A stretch of 63,766 nucleotides of DNA, the filler included, from Chiloscyllium plagiosum (Eukaryota): NCBI RefSeq assembly GCF_004010195.1. It is 4 parts of one record of this genome, joined end to end, with 100 filler letters (N's around TTAATTAATTAA, not from the genome) between each part and the next. Parts side by side here need not be neighbours in the genome. Positions count along the whole stretch, not along the records: positions 1 to 27,199 come from NC_057717.1; positions 27,300 to 53,046 come from NC_057717.1; 2 more parts are not named here. One strand, given 5' to 3'. The notes under the pieces were generated by a model, which was given only the letters and a program-made list of their open reading frames with translations, did not search any database and was not told the origin of the DNA. Below are positions 25,800 to 39,804 of the stretch, in pieces. The position numbers and the translations under genes are program-made. Every line of letters starts with the position of its first letter. Within the stretch, counting starts at the first letter, position 1.

Positions 25800-27199
25800 T
25801 ACAGTCAGAGTCATACAGATGTACAACATGAAAACAGACCCTTCTATCCAACTCGTCCATGCCGACCAGATATCCCAACCCAATCTAGTCCCACCTACCA
25901 GCAATCAGCCCATATCCCTCGACTCACTTTCTATTCATATACCCATCCAGGCGGCATCAAAATGTTGCAATTGTACCAACCTTTACCACTTCCTGTGGCA
26001 GTTCAATCCATACACGTTTCATCCTGTGTATGAAACAGTTGCCCCTTACGTCACTTTTGTATTTTTCCTTCCCAACCTACACCTATGCCCACTAGTTCTG
26101 GACTCCCCCACACCAGGGAAAATATCTTGTTTATTTCCACATTCATGCCCCTCATGATTTTATAAACCTCTATAAGGTCACCCCTCAGCTGCAATGTTCC
26201 AGGGAAAATATCCCCAGCCTATTCAACTTCCACCTATAGCTCAAACCCTCCAACCTTGGCAACATCCTTGTAAATCTGTTCAGAACCCTTTCAAGTTTCA
26301 CAACATCCTACCGATAGGAAGGAGACCAGAATTGCACACAATATTCCAAAACTGGCCTAACCAACTTCCCGTACAGCCGCAACACGACCTTCCAACCACT
26401 GTTTACAATGGTCTGACCAATTAAGAAATGCATACCAAATGCCTTCTTCACTGTCTTATCTATCTGTGACTCTACTTTCAATGAAAAATGAACCTGCACT
26501 CCAAGGTCTCTTTGTTCAGCAACACTCCCTTTAACCTCACCATTAAGAGTATAACCTCTGCGAAGATTTGGTTTCCCAAAATGCAGCATCTCGCATTTAC
26601 CTAAATTGAACTCCATCAACCACTCCTCAGCCCATTGGCCCATCTGATCAAACTCCCGTTGTAATCTGAGGTAAACTTCTTCCCTGTCCACCACACCTCC
26701 AATTTGGGTGTCATCAGCAAAATTACTAACTGTACTTCTTATACTCACATTCAAATCATTTATATGAATGACTATAAGTAGTGGAACTAGCACCGATCCT
26801 TGTGACACTCCACTGGTCACACGCCAACAATTTGAAAAACAACTTTCCACCATCACCACCTTCTGTCTTCTACCTTTAGCTAGTTCTGTATCAAAATGGC
26901 TCGTTCTCCCTGTATTCCATAAGATCTAACCTTGCTAATCAGTTTCCTATAAGGAACCTGAACGAATGCCTAACTGAAGTCCTTATAGATCACGTCCACT
27001 GCTCTGGCCTCGTCAATTATCTTCGTTACTTCTGCAAAAAACTCAATCAGGTTTGTGAAACATGATTTTCCACACACAAAATCATGTTCACTTTCCCAAA
27101 TCAGTCCTTGCCTTTCCAAATACATGTACATCCTGTCCCTCAGGATTCCCTGCCACAACATGCTCTCCAGTGACGTCAGGCTCACTGGTCTATAGTTTC
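25800..27199 (-). mobile_element. CR1 LINE 3' part, runs into a gap
   Basis: ORF 26308..26859 carries FADDTQ and RPVLEYCVQFWSP. Confidence 0.92.
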
Positions 27200-27299
27200 N
27201 NNNNNNNNNNNNNNNNNNNNNNNNNNNNNNNNNNNNNNNNNNNTTAATTAATTAANNNNNNNNNNNNNNNNNNNNNNNNNNNNNNNNNNNNNNNNNNNN
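27200..27299. other. Artificial scaffold linker (44 N + TTAATTAATTAA + 44 N)
   Basis: Identical 100-bp construct occurs three times; TTAATTAATTAA places stops in all six frames. Confidence 0.93.
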
Positions 27300-27394
27300 C
27301 TGGTACTGTGAAACAACCATGCTAACCACTGAGACACTATTCACCCGTCACTGTCCCCTCCCCCAAAACGGACTCACTGTGCTCGGTCATAATG

Positions 27395-30245
27395 GGAAAA
27401 ATGTATATAAAAGTGATGAGCTTAGAGCTATGATGTTTTGGCCATAACAGAGACGTGGGTCTCTCAGGGGCTGGAATGGTTGCTGGATGTTCCAGGGGTT
27501 AGAACTTTTAGAAAGAATAGGGAGGAGGTAAAAAGAGGATGGGGTGTAGCACTGTTAATCAGAGAGGGTATCACAGCTACAGAAGTTACCATTATCGAGG
27601 ACGGTCTGCCTACTGAATCAGTATGGGTGAAAATTAGGAACAGTAAGGCAGCAATCACCTCATTAGGGGTTAAGTACAGCCCCCCCACCTCCCCCCCCCC
27701 GCCCCCCAATAGAAGCAGGGAGATTGAAGAATGCATAGATCGGCAGATTTTGGAAAAGTGTGAATGGAATAGGGTAGTTGTAATGGGTGACTAACTTTCC
27801 CTATATTGATTGGAACCTCCTTCCAGCAGATGGTTTGGAAGGAGCTGTTTTTGTAAGGTTTGCTCAGGAGGGTTTCCTAACTCAGTACGTTGACAGGCTG
27901 ACGAGGGGAAAGCTGACGAGGGGAAAGACTATTTTGGATTTGGTGCTCGGCAATGAGCTGGGGCAGCTGTCAGATCTTGCGGTGGGAGACCATTTTAGTG
28001 ATAATGACCACAACTGCCTCATATTCTACATAGCCATGGAGAAGGAGAGAAGCAGGCACAATGGGAGGATATTTAGTTGGGGGAAAAGGAAACTATGATG
28101 CTATCAGACTGCGTTGCTAAGCATGGACTGGGAGCAATTGTTCCATGGAAAGGGCACTACAGACATGTGGAGACGATTTAAGGAACAGTTGTTGCGAGTG
28201 ATGCACAAATGTGTTCCTTTGAGACAGGCAAGAAAGGGTAAGATAAAGGAACATTGGATGACGAGAGTGGAGGAGCTTCTTGTCAAAAAGAAAGAAAGCA
28301 GCTTACGTAAGGTGAAGGAAGCAAGGGTCTTGCTCAGCTCTAGAGGATTACAGGCAGGCGAGGAAGGAGCTCAAAAATGATCTGAGGACAGCCAGGAGGT
28401 GGCAGGAAAAAGGCGTGTCAGGAAGGATTAGGGAGAATCTAAAGGCATTTTGCACATATGTGAGGAATAAAAGAATGATCAAAGAAAGATCAGGGCCGAT
28501 GAGGGATAGCATAGAGATTTTGTGGAAAGAGTCTGAGGAGGTAGGAGAAGCCCTAAATAAGTTTTTTGCTTCTGTGTTTACGAAAGAAAAGGACTTTGTA
28601 GTGAATTAAACCATTGAGGAGCAGGTAATCATGCTGCAACAGATAGATTGAGGAAGCTGATGTGTTGAAAGTTTTGACAACATTAATATTAACAAGTCGC
28701 TAGGGCCAGACCGGATTTGTCCTCGGCTGCATTGGGAAGCGAGAAATGTGATTGCTTCGCCGCTTCAGAAGATCTTTGCATCCTCGCTCTCCACCGGATT
28801 CGTACCTGAGGATTGGAGGGAGACAAATGTAATTCCTCGCTTCAAGAAAGGAAATAGGGAAATCCCCAGCACTCTCACTCTCACGTCTGTCATCTGCAAG
28901 GTGTTAGAAAGGATTCTAAGGGATAGGATTTATGACCATCTGGAAGAGCATGGCTTGATTAAATGCAGCCAGCACGGCTTTGTGAGGGGCAGGTCATGCC
29001 CCCTCACAAAACCTATTGAGTTTTTTGAGGATGTTACTGGAAAAGTTGATGAGGGTGGAGCGGTGGATGTTGTATATTTGAACTTCAGCAAGGCATTCGA
29101 TAAGATTCCCCATGGTAGGCTCGTTCAGAAGGTCAGGAGGAATGGGATACAGGAAAATTTAGCTGTCTGGATATAGAATTGGCTGGTCGACAGAAGACAG
29201 CGAGTGGTAGTGGAAGGAAAATATTCTGCCTGGAAGACAGTGGTGAATGGTGTTCCACGGGCTCTGTTCCTGGGCCTCTACTCTTTGTAATTTTTATTAA
29301 TGATTTGGATGAGGAGATTGAAGGATGGGTTAGCAAGTTTACAGAGAACACAAAGGTTGGAGGTATCATTGACAGTATACAGGACGGTTGCAGACTGCAG
29401 CATGACATTGCCAGCTTGCAGAGATGGGCTGAGAGGTGGTAGATGGCATTCAAACTGGAAAATTGCGAGATGACGCATTTTCTAAGATCGAACTTGAAAG
29501 GTGAGTACAGGACTAAAGGCAGCATTCTTGGCAGTGTGGAGGAACAGCGGGATCTTGGTGTGCAGGTACATAGATCCCTTAAAATTTCCACCCAGGTGGA
29601 CAGGGTTGTTAAGAAAGCATATGGGGTTTATGCTTTCATTAACAGGGGTATTGAGTTTAAGAGCCGTGAGATCTTGTTGCAGCTCTATTAAACTTTGGTT
29701 AGACCGCACTTGGAATACTGTGTCCAGTCCTGGTCGCCCTATTATAGGAAAGATGTGGGTGCTTTGGAGAGGGTTCAGAGGAGGTTAACCAGGATGCTGC
29801 CTGGACTGGAGGGCTTATCTTATGAAGAGAGGTTGACTGATCTCGGACTTTTTTCGTTGGAAAAAGAAGGAAGAGGCTGGGGCTAATTGAAGTGTACAAG
29901 ATAATGAGAGGCATAGATAGAGTTGATAGCCAGAAACCTTTTCCCCAGGGCAGCAATTGTTAACATGAGGGTCATAGTTTTAAGCTGTTTGGCGGAAAGT
30001 TTCGAGCAGATGTCAGAGGTGTGTTCTTTACACAGAGAGTTGTGAGAGCATGGAATGCGTGGCCAGCAGCAGTTGTGGAAGCGAGGTAATTGGGGATATT
30101 TATGAGACTGCTGGACATGCATATGTTCACAAACATTTGAGAGTTCGTAGATTAGGTTTACCTCACATGAGGATCAATAGTCGACACAACATCGTGGGCT
30201 GAAGGGCCTGTTATGTGCTGTACTGTTCTATGTTCTATGTTCTAA
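27395..30245 (+). mobile_element. CR1/HER1-like LINE, paralog of 13745-16568
   Basis: Same EN/RT motifs, shared stops, (TCTATGT)n tail. Confidence 0.95.
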
Positions 30246-33200
30246 ACAATAAACAGTGACAAAACACCACAGCTAGGTCAGGATCTGGAGGTAGAAACAG
30301 AGGCAGCACATTGAGCCTGATAGGATCCTCTTCTGAAAAAACACATATTGGACTCAAAAAGTTAATTGTGTTTCTCTCTGCTTAGAATCTGCAAATGTTT
30401 TCCTGCACTTTCAACTTAGTTACTATTTTGGACAGTGGATATTTGTCTGATCTGAACGGGAACAGTGAAGCTGCCATTTCTGTTGACGCTCAAGAATTTG
30501 GTTATGGTTTATGAATGAAAAATGAAAAACTATTTGCCTGTCAGCTCACCAAATATCGATAACTTATTGCCACTGTCATAATGTATTATGAAAATGTTGA
30601 ACTCGGTGGTCATGACATCACATGATCAATCCTCTGAAAGTAATTGATTGAAGCACTCATCCCAATCTTTATCAATATCTTATCATGCTCCTGATGTCAC
30701 TGGCATCATACTCATCCAGCAAGGTCTTACCTTTTCGAGAATTTACATACAACGATGAAAACATGAAATATCTTTGCATTTTTAACAGGACATATTCATC
30801 CTGGGTTTTGGAAGGCACTAGCAAGGGCAGAGTTCATTTGTCGTCCCCAATGACTCTGGAATAAGCGATACAGATTTGCCCAGTTTTACCTCTTCAATCC
30901 AAAGTGATTCAGATCCAGACAGAGCTGTTTGTAGGGGCATTCCAAGATTTTTAACAATTACTTGTGAAGGATCAGCAACTGAGTCCCTAGTCAGGATGAC
31001 ATGAAGTTTGGAAGATACCTTACAGAGACTGTTTTTTCTATTGCTCATATTCCCAGTGCAGAATGTTCTCTAATTCCCATTAATCACAGTTTTGCTCAGG
31101 GTCCTTGATTCTACCGTCAGTCAAGTCCTGCTTCGATAGAAAGGGAAGTCACTCTGATCTCACCTCAAATTACACGGGAAGATCAGTTGAAAAAATAAGG
31201 AGCAAAACACAAGAACACTGCTTGTTTGAACAATGTCCTCGCAATATTCAAAATAAAATTGATGCATCGTCTTCCTGCATGGATTATTTCAACTTGGCAT
31301 CACTTTTTAAACAATATTCAGAACGGTGGATATTTGTTCTTTTAATTTGCTTCCAATTTAACGTAGAAATGAGAGCGTGAATTGATCTTCTATAGTGTGT
31401 TTATAATCCAGAATTTGATTCAATCTTTATCATCATTGCTCTAGCTCTTTCAACCAAAATTAATAAATGAGTCTGTGTCCATCCTGCAGATTAGAAAGTT
31501 CTTTCAGTTCTGACTATTGCAGTTAATGTTGTAAAAGATTATCTGCAGGCCCACATAAAATCGAAATGTTGCAGGGCAAGGTGCCAAAAGTTAATCCAAG
31601 GTTAAAGATATCCAAGCATTATGAATAATACATGCAGAGGGGCGGAGTATAAAAGCAGAATTCAACTCCATGTCCAAAATAATATTTGTGGCTCCCTCAG
31701 AAAAGACGACAACCGGTTCACGCTGTAAATTCACCAAAATAGGAAAAACAAGAGACTGGAATTCCCAATTCTGCAACAACACCCGTAGAACAGGAAGAAA
31801 ATCAAGGTTTGTTTCTGAAATTCATAAATGTTGATGAGAAGAATGTGGGATATGTAGGGGATATTGTAGGATGATAAACTATGTTGTAGATGACACAATG
31901 ATTAGCCGGCTGGGTCACAGTGAGCAAGAACGTGTTGGTTGCAAGACGATACAAATAGATTGTCAGATGGTCCGATCAATGACTGATAAACGGTAACACT
32001 GAAATGTGTGAGATGCTGCATTTTGGAAGATGTAACAAGACAAGAAAGAACTCAAACCATGACGATACGTTACTCTGCTTTTGGAGCAGAGAAAGGTGAG
32101 GGGTGAACTTGACAGAAGTGTATTATAGCATGAGAGGTATGGGACGAGTGAACAGATAACAGCTATTCCTCTCAGTCAAAGGGTCAAAAACAAGAGAAAT
32201 ACATTTGAAGTGAAAGAGGAGATACTAAGAGAGGATTTGTGAAATCTGTTTCGAGCCCAGAGCATGATATGTGTCAAAAATACATTGCCTGGGAGGGTAG
32301 TTCAGGAAGGTAACCTCACAAACATTACAAAGCACTTGTATCAGCACTGGGTGGTGCAGACTCGATGGGCCTTGTCTTTATTACATGATTCCATGTGGTG
32401 ACAGCCATGAAAGCTCTCATATATTCTGAAGCAGCAGCCAATTGGACTTGTTGGTTTGTTAAATCGAACTGTGCTCAGTAAGTGACGAGACTCAATCTAG
32501 GACAGCCCATTCATCTCTGAAATCATCCAGGATAATTCACATGCTCAGTGCAAGAATCGTCCAACAACAGCTTCAACATTATTCCAGCTGTTTGACGCAT
32601 TATTTTAAGTTAACCAATAAAATAGAATCAGACTTCGTTTCATTATTATATAGACTTCTCGTGTAAGGTTGTTATTTCTCCGAAGACTAATAAGTTCCTT
32701 CCCATATATTCGTATTGACAAAGAGTCTGTTATCCTGCAAGCTGTTCATCACAGCGTGGCGGCTTGTGTAACACTCCATCCACCAGCAGTAATATTTACT
32801 CCCAGTTAAACCGGCACATGAGATGCACAGCTGGCACTCTCTCTTAACAGCCACGTGGATGGACCAACGCAAACTGGACTAGAACTTCTCAAGGGCAATT
32901 AATGCTGGTCTAGCTCCTTTAAAGTCCCAAATGAACTAAAAAGACAATCCGATTTTCTGATAATTTTAAACAATAAGGACATTTTGTTGATCTGATGAGC
33001 TTGTCGCTGTCTTTGAAGTTGTGTGGTCTATTTCCGTGAAACCATTTCATGCATATTTTGGAAGAACAAAAAAGCTCAGCTCACAGATACACGGTAACGC
33101 AGTATTTAAACGAAAAATGCCAGGGACTGGTCGGCTATAGGTCTTCACGTATCTGGGGATAATGTTGTTTGTTTTTTTTCTGGCTGATGTAGTTGGATTG

Positions 33201-35914
33201 GGCTGGCGGGTTGGTTTGCATGCTGTATGACTCTATCAGTTTAATTGTTGGAAACAGAGAATGTGGTTTCGCTATTTCCATAAATTGTGAGCATCAACTG
33301 GTGAGGAATACAATCTCCAAAGGCATACAGGATTTGAAATTATATCATTCTCCCTTCACTATCAACTTGTTAATAACCCCTTTTCTGTCTTTGTAACATA
33401 CCTGTTAGTGGTCCTGCATTACAAGAACCCCTGGGGGTTATCGCCATATTCTAAATAGAAATTACAAACAGGCAACAGAATGCTGGCCTTGATAGATAAT
33501 GAAACGCACCTCACAAGAAAAATTGAAAGGAATTTGCATTGTTAAAGTTATCCATTCGACCCAATCTGATTTCTAAAGCAGTTTCAAGCGTGGCTTTCCC
33601 TTTGCCCTATGCACCTGACGTCTTGACAACATCATGAAACTTTCCTGAGTGTTTTTCCAGTGCTATCTAAAAGTCACATATGGAAAGCTGTGCCCAATAT
33701 TCTGAAAGGAAAAGTCTTCATGTTCATGAGAACCGTGTCATTGTTTTTTTCAGTATCTAAAGACAACAGAAATGTAGAACCTAGCATCAGGAGTAAGGAA
33801 TCAAAACAGCTCCATCATGCGATAAGATCGTGGATGATCTGATTGTGACCTCAATCACACATTCCTCCTTTGCCCTGACAACGTTCGTACGTCATGCTTA
33901 GTCAAGAATCTGCCTGCCTCTGCCTTAGGAATATTCAATGTCTTATCCTCCATCCCTCTCTGGGAAGAGAATTGTACAAAGACACAACAACCTGAGAGGA
34001 TGACACCAAATCACCATCTTCTTAACAGAGACGTTTTTCAGTTTTATAGTCCATCCACTCATGGTAATCTCTCACACAAGCTGTAATATTGTTTTAGAAT
34101 TCAACTTGAAAAGACTATTTGGGATATTCTGAGGTGAAACAAGGTCACATGTTGTTCACCTAAACCCCAGCAGATCCAGAGCCAGACATTTCAAGATTTC
34201 CTCCTGAAATAAACACTCCTCCCAGGAGTTAGCTGAGTGAATCATCTCTGGACAGCATTTCATATCATTGTGGCCATCGCTCTCTCGATGTGGTTACACT
34301 GCTACATTGTAAATCTGTAGAAAATTGTCCCTCCGTTTAAATGTATTCTGTTTCAGAAAGTTTCACAATTTGTCTGACTTCCCTAAAAATTTGACGTACA
34401 CGTAAAGTTTTTATTTCGTTATCCAGGTGCCCGTTTCCTCCGTGCCGAAAGCCAATCCCTCCACTGAAATAATACACTACGCTTCTATTCAACCCGCCAA
34501 TATCTTTTAACACAGACACATTTTTCCTACTATGTTCCATACACCAATATTTGGCTGTTCACTTGACCCACCTTAATCTCCTGATTGAATCATGTCCTCT
34601 TCATATCTTCCTTCTCGAACAGTTTCAAGTTTGTATTCTTCCGTAATACAGACAGAACATTTGGCCAAAGAAATACACTGTGGCCATATTGCAATGTAAT
34701 TGACAATGAAATATTATTATTCACTGTCTAAACTATAAATTTGAGACAATGCTAAAGTGTAATGCAGTCGCATCACTCAGTTCCATTACTTAAAATAGAG
34801 TCAGATGGTGTGGAATGTGTGTGGGTAGAATTGAGGTAGCGTAAAAGTGAAAAACCGTAGTTGGAGTTATATGAAGGTCTACAAATCGTAGTCAGAAGCT
34901 GGGGCGCATGATAGACGAAGAGATAGAAAAGATATGTAGGAAAGGCAACATTACAGTGACTGGTGGGATTACAATGTGCAGGTGGACTGTGAAAGTCAGT
35001 AGTAGTGGTTTGCAAGGAAAGGAATTTGTGGAATGACTACGAGATGGCTTTTTGGGGCAGCTTATGGTGCAGGATACTGGCAATACTGGATGTAGAGCTG
35101 TGCAGTGAGGCAGACTTGATAAGGAAGCTTAAGGTGAAGGAAACGTCGGAGGCATTTTTCATAATATGAATGAACCTACTCCTCAATTTCAGAGGGAGAA
35201 AGTAAATTCAGAGTTAATATTACAGCTGAACAAAGGCACCTTCAAAGACACAAGGGAGGAGCTAGGTAGAATTGACTGGGAGAGGAGCCGAGCAGGAGAG
35301 GCAAGTGAACAATAATGGCGGGAGTTTCTCGGAACAGTTTAGGAGTCACAGCAGAGATTTATCCCAAGGTAAAAGATGCATTGTACAGCGAGGACGAGGC
35401 AACCATGGATGACTGGGACATTCATGGCCAAGGATAAAAAAACGTAGAAAGCAGATAACATAGCAAATGGCAGTGGGAAACCAGAAGATTTGGAAGCTTT
35501 CAAGGACGAACAGATGACAACAAAATAAGAAATATGGCCGGAGAAGATGGAATACGAATTTAAGCTATCCAGTGATATAAAGGACAACTGTGAGAGTTTT
35601 TTTCGACATATAAAGGGCAAAAGAGAAGCAGAAGTGAATATTGGAGCACTGGAAAATGACGCTGGAGGGATAGTCGTGTGGAACAAATAATAGATGAGAA
35701 ACTGAATAATTATTCAGAGTGTGGGCAAACAAGTGGCAGGTGGAGTACAACTTGGGGAAGTGCGAGGTGATGAACATTAGTAGGAAGAAGACAGGCATGG
35801 ACTACTTTATAAATGGAAAGAAATATCAGATGTCTGAAGTGCAAAGAGAGTTGCGAGTTCCAGTCCAGGATTGTCTCTAGATAAACTTGCAGGTTAAGTC
35901 AGCAATTAGGAAGG

Positions 35915-36579
35915 TGTTGTATTTGATGCACAGTGTGTTTGAAATCTTATATTCAGCAAAAGAACTGAGTTAACTCTTACAAACAATATTTGTTTATTGA
36001 ACACAATTAATATTAGAACAATATAACGCAATGATAAACGCTACAAATTATCGTATGCTTTAACTTAACTTTGGATGGTCACAAACCATCCCACTAAAAG
36101 TTGACCGGGCTCGAATTGTGGATATCTTCTTGTTCTGATGATCTTGGAGGTGTTTTCTCTTTCCCTGGTTATTCTCGAGTTACTGAACTGTGTGGGGTTT
36201 TGTGGTGATTCTTATCCTTCTAAAGCTTCACATCCAATTGGGAAGGTAAGGAGGATCTGTCAATGGAATGATCAGGTTCATTTACCCTGATCAATCAGAC
36301 TCAACCATGGGTTGGTTCAAGGGCAACATTCCATTGTCCCATTCAGGTGCAACTTCAGGTGAGTATTGCAGGGTCTGGAGCTGTCAGGTTTGTTTGCAAA
36401 CCATCTGTGTGTAGCTGCAGCCCGTCTGGATTCTGCAGCATGTGGATTAGCACAGAGATTTTAGTCAAGGCTGGGATCCATTTCCCAGGATGCATTAATC
36501 ATTGTTCATTTTTGTAACTCCATGGTTAATTTATTATTGCCCATCATACGATTATTCTTTCAGGTGGCCCACGCTGTCA
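35915..36579 (-). mobile_element. Probable solo LTR, paralog of 21887-22575
   Basis: TGTTG...TGTCA termini with the same GGAAGG/GAAAGG flanks. Confidence 0.7.
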
Positions 36580-37014
36580 GAAAGGCAAATACAGTGATGG
36601 CATTTATTTTGAGAGGACTTGAATATTAAAGCAGGGATGGATTTCTGAGGCACGATAAGACTCTGGTCAGACCACATTGGAGTATTTTGTACCGTTCTGT
36701 ACCCCATAACTAAGGAAGGATGTACCGCCCCTAGAGTATGTTTAGACGAGGTTTTCAAGAATGGTCCCAGGAGTAAACAACTTAACATATGAGGTCTCTA
36801 GGTCTATACTTGCTGGAGTTTATAAGGATGAAGGCGGATCTAATTGAAGTATACAGAATGCTGGTTGCCTGGTCAGAATAGATGTTGGGAAGACGTTTCC
36901 ACTGCTTGGAGAGAAAGAACTCACGGACATAGCCTGAGATTCAAGAGAAGATCTTTTAGACCGGAGATAAGGAGAAATGCCTTCAGTCTGAGAGTGGCGA
37001 ATCTATGGGCGAAT

Positions 37015-37213
37015 AGCAGTTTCCTTCCCTAAAGGACATTAGTGAACCAGGTGAGTTTGTCTTGGCAATCGATTCATAACCACCATCCGTCCCTTAATTC
37101 CAGATTTGAAGTCACGCTCCGCGATTTGCTGTGGCAGGATTTGAACCCAGATCACCAGAACATTATCTGTGTTCATCTCATAAGAATTCACTGATAACAC
37201 CACGAGGCCATTA
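37015..37213 (-). mobile_element. DeuSINE, paralog of 23010-23210
   Basis: CCTTCCCTAAAGGACATTAGTGAACCAG and a B-box on the minus strand. Confidence 0.7.
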
Positions 37214-38009
37214 ACTTGCCCAATCCACCACAGTGTGACTAACCTGTGCAGCATGATAAGCCCTGGGATTTGCCTTCATGTTATCTTTGAATTCCTTATC
37301 AAAATATGAATGATTTTTCTCCGTTATGCAATACCTCTTCGGTTATTAGAATCTCCCTAATTATTTGCCAAATTTCTTCAGCTGTCCTGCCTTTGATTGT
37401 TCTTTTCTCCCCCATTCCACCCAGGCCAAATCCTTCCTTAGCACAGTATAATTATTATTGCCTAACACTAAAACTCTCATGTTTGACTCAGTCTTCACTC
37501 TTTCAATCTGAATGTGAAATTCCAGCATATTTGTGGTTACTCTTTCCAAGGCCAAGTTCATCCAACAATCCTTCCTTGTTACATAATATCAAATCTAAAT
37601 TAGGCCATTCTCTGGTGGGTTCTATAACATTCTGCTCGCAGAAATAGTCTCTCATACACTTAATGAATCTTTATTCGAAGATATCATTGTCGAGATGATT
37701 AATTGAATCAATTTGCATATTCAAACCACCCATAGTTACTGTTTTGCCTTGTTACAAGTCGTCACTCTTTTCAACCTCAGAAGTACTTAGCGGGGACAGT
37801 GGCTGAAAATTACTCTTCCCAAGGGTTTTCTTCCAATGTTTTTTATTTGCACTGAGACGGATTTCAAATATGTTTTGGCACAAAACACTTTGAAAAGGTC
37901 TGAGTACCCACTCATACGAACAAGTGTTTATTTTCTTTTCACTTACCACATTTCACAGTAAATATCGAGAATTAAGGGGGCTAAAAGTGGTCATGAGGTA
38001 TCTTTAGCA

Positions 38010-39690
38010 AACAGGAATGAGGAAAACACTAAAACATTGTTTTCATATATAAGGAGCAAGCGGGTAACTAGAGAACTGTTTGGCCCACACAAGAAAGTTA
38101 TGCATGGAGTCAGAGAAAATGGGTGAGATTATTAACGAGTACTTTGCATCTGTATTCAGTAAGGAAAGGGACATGATGGATGTTGAGGTTAAGGATAGAT
38201 CTTTGAGTACTCTGGATCAAGTCGACATAAAGAGGGAGGAGGTTTTGGATATTGTAAAAGGTATTAATGTAGACAAGCCCCCAGATCTGGATGGGATCTA
38301 TCACACGTTACTAAGGGAATTGAGAGAGGAAATAAGTGGGGCTTTAACTTGTATCTTTGCAGGATCTTTGAACATTGGTGAGGTCCCGGAGGACTGGAGA
38401 ATTGCTAATGTTGGCCCTTTGTTTAAGAAGGGTAGCGAGAATAATCCAGGTAATTATAGACCGGCGAGCCTGACATCATGGTCGGGAAGCTGCTGGAGAA
38501 GCTACTGATGGACTTGAGTAAGGTGTTTTATTAGGTTCCCCATAGGAGGCTGATGGAGTGGGTGAAGTCGCATGGGGTTCAGGGTGTTCTATTTAGATGG
38601 ATAGAGAACTGGCTGGGCAACATTAGACAGAGAGTAGTAGTAGAAGGGGATTTCTCAAAATGGAGACCTATGACCAGTGGTGTGCAACAGCGATTCGTGC
38701 TGGGACGACTGTTGTTTTTGATATATATTAATGATTTGGAAGAAGGTATCGTTTGCCTGATTAGCAAGTTTGCAGTTGACACCAAGATTGTTGGAGTAGC
38801 AGATAGTGAAGAGGATTGTCAGAGAATACAGCAGAATATAGTTGGATTGGAGAAATGGGCACAAATATGGCAGGTGGAGTTCAATCTGTGCAAATGCGAG
38901 GTGATGCATTTTGGAGGATCCAATTCGAGAGCAAACTATGCATTAAATGGAAAAGTCCTGGGGAAAATTGACGTACAGAGAGATCTGGGTGTTCAGGTTC
39001 ATTGTTTCCTGAAGGTGGCAATGCAGTTCAGTAAAGTGGTCAATAAGGCATATGGCATGCTTTCCTTCATTGGATCAGGTGTTGAATACAAGCGTTAGCA
39101 GGTATATGTTACAGTTGCATCGGACTTTGTTTTGGCCGCATTTGGAATACTGCATATAGTTCTGGTCACCTCATTACCAAAAGGATGTGGATGCTTGAAT
39201 AGAGTGCAGAGTAGGTTCACCAGGGTGTTGCCTGGGATGGAGGATGCTGGTTATGGAAAGAGCTTGGGTAGATTAGGACTATTTTAATGATAAAGGCAAA
39301 GGTTGAGGGGGAACCTGATTGAGGTCTATAAAATCAAGAGAGATATAGACAGGGTGGATACCAAGAAGCTTTAGCGCAAATTGTGTACTCATGACCCCTA
39401 GTAATTGAGTTACAAAGTGAGAGGGAAAGGTTTAGGGCCTTTGGGGTATATGTGGGAAGCTCTTTACATGTAGGGTCGTGGCAGCCTGGAACGTGCTGCC
39501 AGCGGAGGTGGTAGGGGCAGGAATGATAGTGTCATCTACGATGAATCTGCCAGCTACATGAATCGGCAGGGAGCAGAGTGATACCGGCTCTTAGAAAATA
39601 GGTGGCAGGTTTAGAAAATAGGGGATCTGGATCAGCACAGGCTTGGAGGGCCGAAGGGTCTGTTCCTGTGTTGGAATGCTCTTTGTTCTT
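38010..39690 (+). mobile_element. CR1 LINE, paralog of 24010-25690
   Basis: ORFs 38080..38508 and 38553..39098 carry RT motifs. Confidence 0.92.
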
Positions 39691-39804
39691 TATCATTCAT
39701 TCTAAAATTTGCAAGATTTCAACTTATTGTATGCTACAATTTAATAATATAAACCATTTATTTATTTGACAGTGCATATCAATTTATTGTCATTGCTAAA
39801 TTAC

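Larger units (their letters stand above)
13660..27199 (+). repeat. Segmental duplication unit A (~14 kb, cut by a gap)
   Basis: Colinear with 27300-41205 throughout: same TE order, same LTR insertion point, same unique spacers. Confidence 0.95.

Noticed and set aside
27244..27255. TTAATTAATTAA palindrome repeated three times
   Set aside because: It is always centred in 44+44 N, so it is an assembly linker rather than biology
30630..30780. Minus-strand ATG..AAG|GTAAGA as an Ig-type leader exon
   Set aside because: The peptide is not hydrophobic, the downstream acceptor leads straight to a stop, and the ATG is absent in paralog A
32687..32872. KYYCW motif and CACAGCG as an Ig/TCR V segment or RSS
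   Set aside because: No V-domain framework upstream, and no nonamer at 12/23 spacing here or at the other CACAGTG sites I inspected
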